The notes beneath the pieces were generated by a model that worked only from the letters and a program-made list of their open reading frames with translations, did not search any database and was not told the origin of the DNA. A stretch of DNA of 46,855 nt from an uncultured Acidobacteriota bacterium. GTDB lineage: Bacteria; Acidobacteriota; UBA6911; RPQK01; JAPXNP01. Position numbers and translations under genes: made by a program. The first letter of the stretch is position 1. Each line of letters begins with the position of its first letter. The stretch is from the NCBI GenBank assembly GCA_963777605.1, contig CAVZRV010000050.1, positions 1 through 46,855 on the forward strand, read 5' to 3'. Shown here in pieces: positions 46,585-46,855 of the stretch.

Positions 46585-46855
46585 ATGAGTTCAAGTTGGA
46601 CGTTCAAGCCTGAACTTAGTGAGGAGCACGATTTTTTTGAGTCGAGCCGAAAGCAGCTCTATTCCGCAGTAATTAGTGATGTTCTCGACGAACTTGGAAT
46701 CCGTGATCGAGTGATGGGACCGGAGATCAGGCCTATGTCCGCGGATCTGGTTCTCGTTGGCCGGGCCAAGACGATTCTCTGGGTTGACGTCTATGAAGTC
46801 GGTCCTGATCCTTACAGTAAAGAGATTGAGTCCACCGACAGTATCCGACCCGGCG
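46585..46855 (+). CDS. RraA / HMG aldolase family protein (3'-truncated by window edge)
   Basis: AGGAAGG RBS; open frame MSSSWTFK...LYSAVISDVLDELG...IRPM...LVGRAKT...DPY...DSIRPG to the window end. Confidence 0.8.
   Translation, partial: MSSSWTFKPELSEEHDFFESSRKQLYSAVISDVLDELGIRDRVMGPEIRPMSADLVLVGRAKTILWVDVYEVGPDPYSKEIESTDSIRPG

Overview
Bacterial chromosomal window of moderately high GC, probably Acidobacteriota. This placement is inferred from the RpoB insertion, the pilin type and the GWxTD and CRTAC1/ASPIC-UnbV genes. Positions 1-30 kb are housekeeping-type: rpoB (5'-truncated) and rpoC; a convergent mqnP-pilB-pilT-pilC-pilin type IV pilus operon; hydantoinase B, an OSBS/NSAR enolase and glnA; a membrane histidine kinase, a sigma54 activator and an ECF sigma factor; a hypothetical protein; mnmA; a CPA2 antiporter; a DUF1080 protein; an orphan mreB; a B12 radical SAM enzyme; and tRNA-Leu(TAG). 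After the tRNA come an AT-richer patch of gene fragments and a catabolic/envelope region (URO-D-like, GWxTD, MFS, penicillin-acylase family, glycosidase-like, CRTAC1, creatininase, IclR, RraA). Nearly every gene there is frameshifted, which looks more like uncorrected long-read indel error than biology. The best candidate for an undescribed system is a kinase -> enhancer-binding protein -> sigma54 promoter -> anti-sigma-less ECF sigma cascade beside glnA. It has three copies of a TGTNA-N7-TNACA-like palindrome placed at activating and repressing positions. I saw no CRISPR array, integrase, transposase or rRNA. All family calls come from motif recognition by eye; no searches were run.
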